DNA from: Verrucomicrobiota bacterium
GTDB lineage: Bacteria > Verrucomicrobiota > Verrucomicrobiia > Limisphaerales > AAA164-E04
Length of the DNA stretch: 64,000 nucleotides
Reading direction: 5' to 3'
Assembly (NCBI GenBank): GCA_047947115.1
Contig: CP170459.1
Coordinates: forward strand, 256,001-320,000
Below are positions 9,948 to 19,409 of this stretch, one piece after another; within the stretch, counting starts at the first letter, position 1; each line of letters starts with the position of its first letter. A program made the position numbers and the translations under genes. A model generated the notes under the pieces. The model saw only the letters and a program-made list of their open reading frames with translations. It was not told the DNA's origin and did not search any database.

Positions 9948-10460
9948 ATGGAATGGATGACGATAACTGAGGTAATTGGATTATTTTTGACCGAAATAGT
10001 AATGATGGTGGGTGCCGTTGGAAGTGTCATTCCGGCAATCCCCAGTACACCGGTCGTTTTTATAGCGGCGTTGGGGCACAAGCTCTACTTCGGAGAATCC
10101 AGTGCCAGTGTGGGCGTGATGCTCGTGCTGGGTCTGGTCATGATGTTTTCCCTGATCCTCGATTACGTGGCCAGTCTGATTGGGGCCCGGAAACTCGGGG
10201 CAACCTGGAAAGGTGTGGTCGGGGCTTTGTTGGGCGGCATGTTTGGTTTGCTGCTGGGCCCCTGGGGAATATTGATCGGCCCGTTCGTCGGAGCGCTTGC
10301 ATTCGAAATGATCGGTGGCCGCAACTTCGACGAAGCCACCAAAGCCGGCACCGGAGCATTACTGGGCATTCTGGCAGGAACACTGGGCAAATTTGTCTGC
10401 GCCATCGGGATGGCCGGCCTTTTTGCGGCGGATGTCATCATCCGCGCGTTCGGCTGGTGA
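9948..10460 (+). CDS. DUF456-family membrane protein
   Basis: G-VIPAIP, GARKLGAT-KG, G-LIGPFVGA pattern; start moved to ATG 9948. Confidence 0.75.
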   Translation: MEWMTITEVIGLFLTEIVMMVGAVGSVIPAIPSTPVVFIAALGHKLYFGESSASVGVMLVLGLVMMFSLILDYVASLIGARKLGATWKGVVGALLGGMFGLLLGPWGILIGPFVGALAFEMIGGRNFDEATKAGTGALLGILAGTLGKFVCAIGMAGLFAADVIIRAFGW

Positions 10461-10471
10461 TCCGGAAAATT

Positions 10472-12010
10472 CTACGAGGAATCCCGCATCATGGCATCCA
10501 CTTTGTCGCGCACGGTGGCGTCCATTTTGATCAATGGAGGCCATTCGCGCTGAAACCCTTCGCCGGATAACTTACGTGTCGCATCGAACCCAAGTTTGGT
10601 TCCGATTCCCATGGCTTCGGTCGCATGATCCAGCACATCGGCGGGACCTTTCGTGAAGATGGTGTCCCGTCTCGGTTCCGTGTTGGAACACAGGCGGAAC
10701 AGGACTTCACTGGTATTGTGCACATCCACATCGTCATCCACCACCACGATGTATTTGGTGAACATCATTTGGCCCATGCCCCACAATCCATGCATGATTT
10801 TGAAAGCCTGCATCGGGTAGGTTTTGCGGATGCTCACGAAAACCAGATTGTGAAAGACTCCCTCTGCGGGCAGTGCGATGTCCACAATCTCCGGAAAGTT
10901 CATTTTGAAAACGGGCAGAAACAACTGCACACTCGCCTTGCCCATGTAGAAATCTTCCATGGGTGGAACCCCAACGATGGTTGCGGGGTAAATGGCGTCT
11001 TTTCGATGGGTGATCGCCGTGATGTGGAACACGGGATACGGCTCCGGCAAGGTATAAAACCCAGTGTGATCGCCGAAAGGACCTTCATCACGCAAGGGCT
11101 CTTTGGGATCGATGTAACCTTCGATCACAAAATCGGCATTGGCAGGCACCTGGAGGTCGTTGGTTTCACATTGAACCATTTCGATGGATTTTTTACGCAG
11201 ATACCCGGCAAGCAGGAACTCATCCAATCCATCCGGCAAGGGTGCCGTCGCGGCAAAAGGAAAGACCGGATCCCCCCCAAGGAAGATACTCACCGGCATC
11301 CGTTGCCCGGTTTCGTAATAACGTCGACCATGTCGGGCGGCAACCTTTTGAAGCTGCCAATGCATGCCTGTGGTTTGATCATCGTATATCTGAACGCGAT
11401 ACATGCCCAGATTCCCCTCACCGGTGTCCGGATCTCTGGTGACCACACAGGGCAGTGTGATGAACCGCCCCCCATCCAAAGGCCAGCATTTCAAAATCGG
11501 CAAATCCTTAAGCGTCGGCACAGAACGCTCATCGCTTGACGGATCCCGATCGGCAGACGGAGCCTGGGGCCAGGGTTCCGAACGGGTTTCCGGGGCGTCG
11601 AATCGATGGATCACTTCCTTGCAAGGGCCGGATTTCACCTTTTTGGGGCGTGTATGTCGCAGGTCCATGGCCGTACCAAGGAGCTTCATCGCATCCTTCA
11701 GTCCGGTGGGTGGTTTGGCTTTCATCAGACTGCCCAGCTCGGTTGCCACGGATGCCACGGAATCCGCCCCCATGGACAAAGCCATACGGCGGTCTGATCC
11801 CATGGTGTTGATGGCCACCGGAAAAGGCGAGACCACCCCGTTGACAGTGGGTTGCTCAAACAGCAACGCCTTTCCGCCACCAGGTTTTTTCATTTCCCGG
11901 TCGGTGATTTCGGTGATTTCCAATTCGGTGGCCACGGGTTCCTTGATACGAACCAGCTCACCCATTGCTTCCAGTTTTTCGACAAAATCCCTATATGATC
12001 CAAATGCCAT
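10472..12010 (-). CDS. UbiD-family prFMN-dependent decarboxylase (menaquinone-pathway type)
   Basis: LEITEI, NLGMYR, EGPFGDHTGFY, GVPPMED and KLGFDAT motifs. Confidence 0.9.
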   Translation of the reverse strand: MAFGSYRDFVEKLEAMGELVRIKEPVATELEITEITDREMKKPGGGKALLFEQPTVNGVVSPFPVAINTMGSDRRMALSMGADSVASVATELGSLMKAKPPTGLKDAMKLLGTAMDLRHTRPKKVKSGPCKEVIHRFDAPETRSEPWPQAPSADRDPSSDERSVPTLKDLPILKCWPLDGGRFITLPCVVTRDPDTGEGNLGMYRVQIYDDQTTGMHWQLQKVAARHGRRYYETGQRMPVSIFLGGDPVFPFAATAPLPDGLDEFLLAGYLRKKSIEMVQCETNDLQVPANADFVIEGYIDPKEPLRDEGPFGDHTGFYTLPEPYPVFHITAITHRKDAIYPATIVGVPPMEDFYMGKASVQLFLPVFKMNFPEIVDIALPAEGVFHNLVFVSIRKTYPMQAFKIMHGLWGMGQMMFTKYIVVVDDDVDVHNTSEVLFRLCSNTEPRRDTIFTKGPADVLDHATEAMGIGTKLGFDATRKLSGEGFQREWPPLIKMDATVRDKVDAMMRDSS

Positions 12011-12276
12011 GCTCCGGACAGCCTACCAGAGTTTCTTCCGGATTCAATGGAACAGAACAAAGATATCACCGAGTTTGTTGTGAAGGTTAAGATTGGATCA
12101 AATTCTGGTCTTGCTGCCCGATCGAATGTCCGGTATCAATCCGAGCGTTCAAAGAAGCACGAAACGATCTCGCCTTGATCGGATTCCAATGGGATTCGTC
12201 GATTGTAAAAGACAATGGTATCGCACCGGTTTTAGTCTGTGCCCCACTGATCAATATCCGGAAACACTATCAAACA

Positions 12277-13119
12277 ATGCAAACTTTGGAAAAAATGGAA
12301 CCCATGTCGGCAGGGCAAATCCTGGACCGTACGCTCAAACTTTACTCTCATCACTGGAGCTTGCTGCTCGGGATCTCAGCTGTCCTGACCTTACCGGCGG
12401 CGGGGATCATGATCGCGATCAATTCCTTCACACAACATGCTCTGCGAAATCAGAACACATCGGGAATGTTGATCGGAGGAATTTTGAATCTGGTGGCCAT
12501 CTGCCTGTATGGATTTGTGATCTATCCCTGGGCGCAGGGAGCCTCAACCTTTGCCATCAGCGAACGTTATCTCAACCGTGAAGTGGGCATCGGACAGGCA
12601 ATTGGTTTTGGTTGGCGACGTTTGGGCACTTTATTCAATGTATCGATGTCGATCGGCCTGCGGGTTTTCATTGGTATGCTGCTCTTCGTTGTGCCCGGCA
12701 TCATGTGGGCTTGCTCTTATGTGGCGGCATTGCCGGCGGTGATTATCGAGGGTGGCAAAGCCAGGGATGGCATGCAACGCAGCCGCGAACTGGCCGATGG
12801 GAGACGATGGAGCGTTTTCACCGTACTCATGACCATCTGGCTGCTGAGCATCCTCCTTAATATCGCCTTTTACTTTGTGGTGGACATCGGATTTGGAGCT
12901 TCGACTTTCTTGGGAGACTTGATTTACAACGTCATCAGCCAGGGCATTGGGATCCTGCTGACGCCGGTCGGCGTGATCGCCGCGACACTGCTTTATTATG
13001 ATTTCCGCATACGAAAGGAGGGATTCGACCTGGAAATGCTGCAACAAACGTTGCACGAGGAATTCAGCACAGAATCGGATGACCAACAACCTCCCTTCAA
13101 TCGAGACCAGGGATTCTAA
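12277..13119 (+). CDS. Integral membrane protein, first gene of the MoxR operon
   Basis: PMSAGQILD at the N-terminus, about 6 TM segments, C-terminal LLYYDFRIRKEGFDL. Confidence 0.7.
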   Translation: MQTLEKMEPMSAGQILDRTLKLYSHHWSLLLGISAVLTLPAAGIMIAINSFTQHALRNQNTSGMLIGGILNLVAICLYGFVIYPWAQGASTFAISERYLNREVGIGQAIGFGWRRLGTLFNVSMSIGLRVFIGMLLFVVPGIMWACSYVAALPAVIIEGGKARDGMQRSRELADGRRWSVFTVLMTIWLLSILLNIAFYFVVDIGFGASTFLGDLIYNVISQGIGILLTPVGVIAATLLYYDFRIRKEGFDLEMLQQTLHEEFSTESDDQQPPFNRDQGF

Positions 13120-13167
13120 CACCTTGGCATGATTCGATAAAATCAAAGGCCCCTTCAAGATCGAAAC

Positions 13168-13806
13168 ATGGCCCAGGCTCAATCAATGTTCGATGACGAG
13201 ATCATTCGCGAAAGCGCTCGCGACATCCTCGAACAATCGGAGTTCCGGGAGGAAGAGGCCGCCTATGTCATCCAAAAATGGCTGAGCAAACTGGGCGACT
13301 GGTTGGGATCCTTTCAGGATTGGACCGCTGATCATCCTATCTACACCTGGCTGATCATCATCGGCCTGCTCATCATCCTGATTCTGCTGGTCACCCATAT
13401 CATCTACACAGCGTTCGGAGATAGTTTCGGCGCAAAAAAAAACCAGCTCGACTGCACGGGAACCGGACGATCCATGGAAGTCCTGGAAGGAAAGGCTTCG
13501 AGCTGGCGGGAAGGACTGGACAAAGCCAAGTCCGCGCTGGCATCCGGACAACTGCATGAAGCGATCTGGATCGGCCATCGTGTCTTGTTGGGATTGCTGG
13601 ATGAAATCGGATGCATCCAATTCCAAGGCCATAAAACAAACACCACCTATCTCCGGGAACTGGGTCAGCACCATGCCTGGTTCGACCTGTTGAACCGGTT
13701 CACCCACACTTACGAAACGAACGTCTATGGATGCAAGCAAAGCGAAGTGGAAGAAATCCGCACGCTGCTTGGCGAAGTGGTCACATGTGTGGAGGAATCC
13801 TCATGA
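13168..13806 (+). CDS. DUF4129-like membrane protein
   Basis: Single TM segment; KTN--YLREL and F---YE--VYG motifs; operon context. Confidence 0.65.
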   Translation: MAQAQSMFDDEIIRESARDILEQSEFREEEAAYVIQKWLSKLGDWLGSFQDWTADHPIYTWLIIIGLLIILILLVTHIIYTAFGDSFGAKKNQLDCTGTGRSMEVLEGKASSWREGLDKAKSALASGQLHEAIWIGHRVLLGLLDEIGCIQFQGHKTNTTYLRELGQHHAWFDLLNRFTHTYETNVYGCKQSEVEEIRTLLGEVVTCVEESS

Positions 13807-15083
13807 ACACCGAACAGAAGAATCGACTCATCGTCTTCTCAGCGCTGGCCTGTTTCTTTTTACTCATGGCTTTGGTGACACTTCTTTCTCCAAAGGCAAA
13901 CCATGACCTGCTGAACCGACCAAGCACCTATTACACCGACAAGACCGGAGCCAAGGGACTCCTGCTGGTTTTGCGGGAATTTCTTCCCTCCGTCACCCAA
14001 TGGCGCAAACCATTCGCCGTGGTTGCCGGGCACCAACATCTCAATCAAGACATTGACACATTGATCGTCGCCTCACCAAGCCGCCCTCTTGGACCGCATG
14101 AAACAGACGCCCTCTTGAGCTGGGTGGAACAGGGCGGCCAACTCATTCTGGCCCTGGAGGAGGACTGGGCCATTTCGGACCAGCCTCTCCAAAGACAGAA
14201 CGACTGGCTCAACAAACGCCGCCAGAAGGCGCTGCAAATGAAACCCGATGAGAACGGTTCTCAAGCAATCGACAATGGTTTACTGAAGGGATTGGAACTC
14301 GGTTTTGATGTGGAACGTCAGCAGCAATACTCGTTCTCCGAGTGGTCGACACCAGGGGAAAACCTTCCGGCTTACATGATCAAATCCCGGGAAGCATCAA
14401 CCTGGGAAGGGGCGTTTGAACCCTTCGTGGTCGGGGAAAACAATGAACCGCCAGTTGTCAGCAGACCCATGGGAATGGGGCGCATTCTGGTCATTGGTCA
14501 TGGCTCGATGATCTCAAACGAAGCAATGATGGACTCCGACAACGCCATCTGGTGGACCCGCATCTGTGGCTCCTGGGGCAACGGACGCGTCGCTTTTGAC
14601 GAATATCATCACGGATTTGCCGAACGCCGGGAATTTTCATCATTGGCAGGCGATTTCATCCGTACCCCCTGGGGTTGGTTCACGGTTCAAGCCATGCTTG
14701 CCGGTGGAGTATTCATGTTGCTCACCAAACGTCGCCTGGGTCGAATCTATGAAAAACCGGTCACAAACACGCGTGAAACGCTCAAGCTGCTCCAGGCTCG
14801 ATCCTCCATGCTTGAACAAGCTCAACCGACACGGTTGTCGGCACAATGGATAGCTCATACCCTGGCGCTGGATCTGACACAAGGAGGTCTGAATGTCCCC
14901 TGGAGAGACTGGATTCAAGCCCAGGCCGAACACACACAAGACAGTGAAATCGGGGGCCACTGGAAACGGTTGATCGATCAACTCAACAAACTGGACCAAT
15001 CGACATCCAGCGATGAAGCAACGCTGAAACACCTCAGCCAAACAGCCACTACCATTCAACACTTTTATCGTCATGAACATTGA
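13803..15083 (+). CDS. DUF4350-like membrane-anchored protein
   Basis: N-terminal TM, PSTY...GAKG, WVEQGG-LIL, FDEYHHG; ATGA overlap with the upstream gene. Confidence 0.7.
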   Translation: MNTEQKNRLIVFSALACFFLLMALVTLLSPKANHDLLNRPSTYYTDKTGAKGLLLVLREFLPSVTQWRKPFAVVAGHQHLNQDIDTLIVASPSRPLGPHETDALLSWVEQGGQLILALEEDWAISDQPLQRQNDWLNKRRQKALQMKPDENGSQAIDNGLLKGLELGFDVERQQQYSFSEWSTPGENLPAYMIKSREASTWEGAFEPFVVGENNEPPVVSRPMGMGRILVIGHGSMISNEAMMDSDNAIWWTRICGSWGNGRVAFDEYHHGFAERREFSSLAGDFIRTPWGWFTVQAMLAGGVFMLLTKRRLGRIYEKPVTNTRETLKLLQARSSMLEQAQPTRLSAQWIAHTLALDLTQGGLNVPWRDWIQAQAEHTQDSEIGGHWKRLIDQLNKLDQSTSSDEATLKHLSQTATTIQHFYRHEH

Positions 15084-16059
15084 ACCTCAAGAAGACCCCA
15101 TCCCCGAAGAAACAACGGGACGCACTCTGGCCAGCCAGGTCCAGGAGCAGCTCCAGACCGTTATCAGCGGACAGGAATCCGTCATTCAAGGATTGCTGAC
15201 ATGCCTCGTCGCAGGCGGACACGGCCTGCTGGAAGGCGTCCCCGGCGTCGCCAAGACGTTACTTGTAAAATGCCTCGCGGCCAGCTCGGACTGTGACTAC
15301 TCCCGCATCCAGTTCACCCCCGACCTGATGCCCAACGACATCACCGGGGTGAACATATATGATCAAAACGAAAACCGTTTTCAATTCCGCAAAGGCCCTG
15401 TTTTCGGAGACATCGTTCTCGCCGATGAAATCAATCGTGCCCCCGCCAAAACCCAGGCCGCCCTGTTGGAAGCCATGCAGGAAAAACAGGTGAGTATCGA
15501 CGGTGAACGCCATGCACTCTCGGAACTGTTCACCGTCGTGGCAACACAGAATCCGGTGGATTACGAAGGTACCTATCCCCTCCCTGAAGCCCAATTGGAC
15601 CGGTTCCTCATGAAGTTGCATGTCCCCTACCCATCCGAAGACGCTGAGTTGGAAATCCTCCAGCGCATGCACGCACTCGGGGACGCCGCCCCCAAACCGG
15701 AACAGCAAATCCAGGCGGTAATCCAACGCAACGACCTCGCCGCCATGAGATCCCAGGCCAGGGCCTTGCCTATCGAAGCGCCCGTGATGCAATACATCAT
15801 CAGCATCATCCGCAAGTCCCGATCCCTTCAAAGCATCGCCCTCGGAGCCAGTCCACGAGCCGCCGTGATGCTCATGGATGCGGCCAAAGCCCTGGCAGTT
15901 CTCCGCGCAAAAGAATTCGTCACACCCGATGAAGTTCAAACGCTCGCCTGTCCCGTGTTGAGGCATCGCATACGCCTGACACCCGAAGCAGAGGTGGAAG
16001 GACTGAGCCCCGACTCATGTATTCAGGAACTCCTTCAACAAGTCCCCATACCCCGCTAA
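15073..16059 (+). CDS. moxR: MoxR-family AAA+ ATPase
   Basis: Walker A GVPGVAKT, RIQFTPDLMP-D, Walker B LADEINRAPAKTQ, ATQNP, YPLPEAQLDRF, GASPR. Confidence 0.95.
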   Translation: MNIEPQEDPIPEETTGRTLASQVQEQLQTVISGQESVIQGLLTCLVAGGHGLLEGVPGVAKTLLVKCLAASSDCDYSRIQFTPDLMPNDITGVNIYDQNENRFQFRKGPVFGDIVLADEINRAPAKTQAALLEAMQEKQVSIDGERHALSELFTVVATQNPVDYEGTYPLPEAQLDRFLMKLHVPYPSEDAELEILQRMHALGDAAPKPEQQIQAVIQRNDLAAMRSQARALPIEAPVMQYIISIIRKSRSLQSIALGASPRAAVMLMDAAKALAVLRAKEFVTPDEVQTLACPVLRHRIRLTPEAEVEGLSPDSCIQELLQQVPIPR

Positions 16060-16060
16060 C

Positions 16061-17395
16061 ATGGGACGCTTTCGGCTCAACTGGATTCCAGGCACCCCTG
16101 GCCTCATTTGGCTGGTAATCGGAGGTCTGTGCTGGCTGCCTGTGACGGTGTTGGGCGAATCGGCTTTGATATTTGGAGCCGTGTTTTGGGTAGGATGGCT
16201 GACTTTTCTGTTCATGAAAGCAAAACAGATCCCCAAAAAAGCATCCGTTCACATCAAACGCAGAACCCCGGCGCGATTCCTGTCAGGACGTTCCGCAACA
16301 ATCCATTTATCCATCGAAAACCACAGTTCACTCCCCGTTCTGATTCATCTTCATGATGAAGTTCCGGACAGGTTTGAATTGGACAAAGAATTTGCCCCCA
16401 TTCAGATCGGAGCACACCAAACAATCACCGTTTCCTACGAAATCCGCCCGTACCAACGGGGCATGCAATCCTTCGGAAAATGTGTCGCCCGCCTGGCCGC
16501 TCCCGGCGCCTGGATCTGGAGAGAATTCCAATGGGACATTGAAGAAACCGTCAAGGTCTATCCGGACTTCAAACTCATCCCCGAAGAACGTCTCACAGCA
16601 AAAATGCTGCTCAAAGACTGGCACGTGAAACGTCCGAGAAAGAAACGCGGCGAAGGCCACGAATTCGAAAACCTCCGTCCCTATGTGACAGGGGACGACA
16701 CCCGTCACGTGGACTGGAAAGCTTCCGCACGAAGGCAAAAACTCATCGTGCGTCAGCTCCAGGTGGAACGCGGGCAGCAAATCGCCATCATGCTCGACTG
16801 TGGGCGTTTGATGAGCGAAACCATTTCCGGCGCGACACGCCTGGATCATTCAATGAACGCCGCCCTGATGCTCGGCCAGGTCGCCAGCAAGCGCGGGGAT
16901 AACATGTCCCTAGTCTGCTTCTCGAATCAAATCCACGCCTACATGCCTTCCAGCAAGGGCCGAGGCGTCCTGCACCGCATGATGGAAACGCTTTACCATG
17001 TCGAAGCCTCCCCTGTGGAATCCGACTATTGGCAAGTCACCGCGGAAGCCATGCATCTGCTGAAGCGCAGAAGCCTGATTGTGTTTTTCACCGACGTGTT
17101 GGATCTTTCTGGCAGCGTCGGATTGGCAAACAATCTCGCACGCGCCACATCCAGGCATCTGGTTCTTTGTGTGGTCATGTCCGAACCCGGCATCTTGAAG
17201 GCAGCGCGTCAAATGCCGAACACCCAACATGAAGTTTATGAAAAGGCAGCCGCTTCCCAACTGCTTATCAAACGCCATCTGGCCCTGGAAAAAATGCGTT
17301 CCAAGGGTATTCTTGTGTTGGAAACCACACCGGAAGCGTTGACCGTCAACCTGATCCGACGCTATATCGAAATCCGCATGAGCAACCTCCAATAA
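16061..17395 (+). CDS. DUF58 / vWA-like protein
   Basis: EFENLRPYV-GDD-R-VDWKASAR and LDCGRLM motifs; directly after moxR. Confidence 0.9.
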   Translation: MGRFRLNWIPGTPGLIWLVIGGLCWLPVTVLGESALIFGAVFWVGWLTFLFMKAKQIPKKASVHIKRRTPARFLSGRSATIHLSIENHSSLPVLIHLHDEVPDRFELDKEFAPIQIGAHQTITVSYEIRPYQRGMQSFGKCVARLAAPGAWIWREFQWDIEETVKVYPDFKLIPEERLTAKMLLKDWHVKRPRKKRGEGHEFENLRPYVTGDDTRHVDWKASARRQKLIVRQLQVERGQQIAIMLDCGRLMSETISGATRLDHSMNAALMLGQVASKRGDNMSLVCFSNQIHAYMPSSKGRGVLHRMMETLYHVEASPVESDYWQVTAEAMHLLKRRSLIVFFTDVLDLSGSVGLANNLARATSRHLVLCVVMSEPGILKAARQMPNTQHEVYEKAAASQLLIKRHLALEKMRSKGILVLETTPEALTVNLIRRYIEIRMSNLQ

Positions 17396-17400
17396 ACGTC

Positions 17401-18258
17401 ATGAAAGACTCCATCTTCCTCTCCACCCCCGAACACGCTTCTCTTGAATTCGAGCTGGCCGGTCTGGGATCGCGTTTCATGGCGCATGCCATTGATCTGA
17501 TGGTGATCGGTGCCGTGTTGATCGTATTTTGGCTGTTTATCATCCTGGGACCACTGGCCTTCCTGGTTCGTGATGCGCTTGGTTCGGCTGAAGTATTCGG
17601 CTCCTACGGCATCGCCATGATGATTTTGATCTCCTTTGTGTTGCTATGGGGCTACTATTTCCTGCTCGAAGGATACTACCAGGGAACCACCCCCGGCAAA
17701 AAAGCCATGGGCATCCGGGTGATCAGGGAAGATGGATTGCCGATCGGATATTATGAAGCGGCGGTGAGGAATTTCGTCAGGGCAGCGGATGCGTTTCCGC
17801 CCCCGACTTATTTTCTGGGTGGAATCGTGATGCAAGTCGATTCAACAGGCAAACGTCTCGGTGACATGGTGGCGGGCACCATTGTCATTCGCGAATCCTT
17901 TCCCCAGGCAATCGAATCCCGCACCGGAGCAGCCTGGGCAGCGCGAGTCGAGAAAGGTCACTCCCGGAAACCACTCTCCCTGCCGGGCGGCGATGTCACC
18001 GTCAGGCAAATGGACCTGATCGAACAATATCTGAACCGTCGAACTTCCTTTCCCCTCGAACGTCGACAGGAACTGGCACAATCGATGGCCGCTCCCCTTT
18101 GGAAAATCGCAGGTCTGCAAAAACCCGATGAAACCTCAATCACCGGCATCCTGCAGCGTGATGAAAAATTCCTCCAACACTTGCTCGATCAGGCGAACGA
18201 GGACGGCGCTCATTCCACGACATTACAAATCCCAAAACCTGAATCCTCGTTTTTTTGA
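17401..18258 (+). CDS. RDD-family membrane protein
   Basis: TPE...LAGLGSRF-A--ID, TPGKK-MGIRV and RLGDMVAGT motifs. Confidence 0.9.
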   Translation: MKDSIFLSTPEHASLEFELAGLGSRFMAHAIDLMVIGAVLIVFWLFIILGPLAFLVRDALGSAEVFGSYGIAMMILISFVLLWGYYFLLEGYYQGTTPGKKAMGIRVIREDGLPIGYYEAAVRNFVRAADAFPPPTYFLGGIVMQVDSTGKRLGDMVAGTIVIRESFPQAIESRTGAAWAARVEKGHSRKPLSLPGGDVTVRQMDLIEQYLNRRTSFPLERRQELAQSMAAPLWKIAGLQKPDETSITGILQRDEKFLQHLLDQANEDGAHSTTLQIPKPESSFF

Positions 18259-18261
18259 ACG

Positions 18262-19269
18262 ATGCCCACCATGCCACCCAACGAAACCATCGAAACGTTT
18301 GAAGGCGCCGACAAGCAGGCTCACTGGCGTCGGTTCGAGGAAGCCACCAGCCGCTTGCGCAAACGCCGGAACAAGACGTTGCGCGATCTTTCTGAAACAG
18401 AACTCATAGCCTTCTTTGACCAATATCAATCCATCACCGCCGACCTGGCGCGTGCGCGATCGCTTGGTGCTCCCGATTCGGTTGTGGACCGGCTCAACCG
18501 CATGGCCGTGACCGGACATATGATCTTGTATGGATACCCCAAAAAATCGAACCCCACGAACAAAGGAGCCTGGTGGCATGCCTTCGCACGAGTCGTGCGG
18601 CAGCACCTGTGGGCATTGGGGCTCTCTTGCATCCTATTCTTTGGCACGGCGGTGGTGACTTACTTTTCCGTATTGAACAACCCGCAGCTCGGATTCGATC
18701 TCGTCCCGGATGAATTCCTGCACTTCAATCCCGCCAAGGAAGACAACATGCACGACATACCCAGTCTGTCACGCCCGATAGCGGCATCCAGCATCATGTC
18801 AAACAACATCCAGGTCTCGCTCCTTGCCTTTGGAATGGGCCTCACCGCCGGCATCGGCACCGCCACCATTTTGATTTTTAACGGCATGCATCTGGGAGCC
18901 ATTGCAGGTTGGTTTGCCGTGCAGGGAAACAGCCGTTCGTTGTGGGGATGGATCATGCCACATGGGGGCGTTGAACTACTTGCGATCAGTCTTGCCGGAG
19001 CGGCCGGTTTTCTGCTGGCAAGGGCGATCTACTGCCCGGGCCAGGTCCGGCGTCGCACCGCGCTCAAACAAATCGGCCGCTCAGCGCTGGTCATGGAACT
19101 CGGAGTCATGGTGATGCTGGTCTTTGCCGGTCTGATCGAAGGGTTCGTTTCTCCCAGCGCCATCGGATACCATACACGGATGGCGGTTTTGGCAATCACC
19201 CTCACGATTTGGACGGGTTACTTTGTAATGGCTGGAAGAAACGAATTTAAAATAGTGAATAGTGAATAG
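18262..19269 (+). CDS. SpoIIM-like (DUF95) membrane protein
   Basis: YQ----DLARAR, NNIQV, NG--LG and PHG--EL motifs. Confidence 0.85.
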   Translation: MPTMPPNETIETFEGADKQAHWRRFEEATSRLRKRRNKTLRDLSETELIAFFDQYQSITADLARARSLGAPDSVVDRLNRMAVTGHMILYGYPKKSNPTNKGAWWHAFARVVRQHLWALGLSCILFFGTAVVTYFSVLNNPQLGFDLVPDEFLHFNPAKEDNMHDIPSLSRPIAASSIMSNNIQVSLLAFGMGLTAGIGTATILIFNGMHLGAIAGWFAVQGNSRSLWGWIMPHGGVELLAISLAGAAGFLLARAIYCPGQVRRRTALKQIGRSALVMELGVMVMLVFAGLIEGFVSPSAIGYHTRMAVLAITLTIWTGYFVMAGRNEFKIVNSE

Positions 19270-19409
19270 TAAATTGGAGACAGGTGGCAGAATGGTTCAG
19301 GGCTTTGCTTAGTTTCCCGCTGTCTGGATACCATGAGGTTTCCCGCCGAGACGACACGATTTACCTGCTCCCAGCCAATTTACTATTTTAAATTCACTAT
19401 TTACTATTT
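19243..19409. repeat. MITE-like element bounded by inverted arrays of five heptamers (consensus RAATAGT)
   Basis: Left 19243-19277: GAATTTA AAATAGT GAATAGT GAATAGT AAATTGG; right 19375-19409 read on the minus strand: AAATAGT AAATAGT GAATTTA AAATAGT AAATTGG. Confidence 0.75.

Noticed and set aside
18262..19269. Sporulation function implied by the SpoIIM-like gene
   Set aside because: DUF95/SpoIIM-like proteins occur routinely in MoxR-RDD operons of non-sporulating bacteria, and no other sporulation gene is present.
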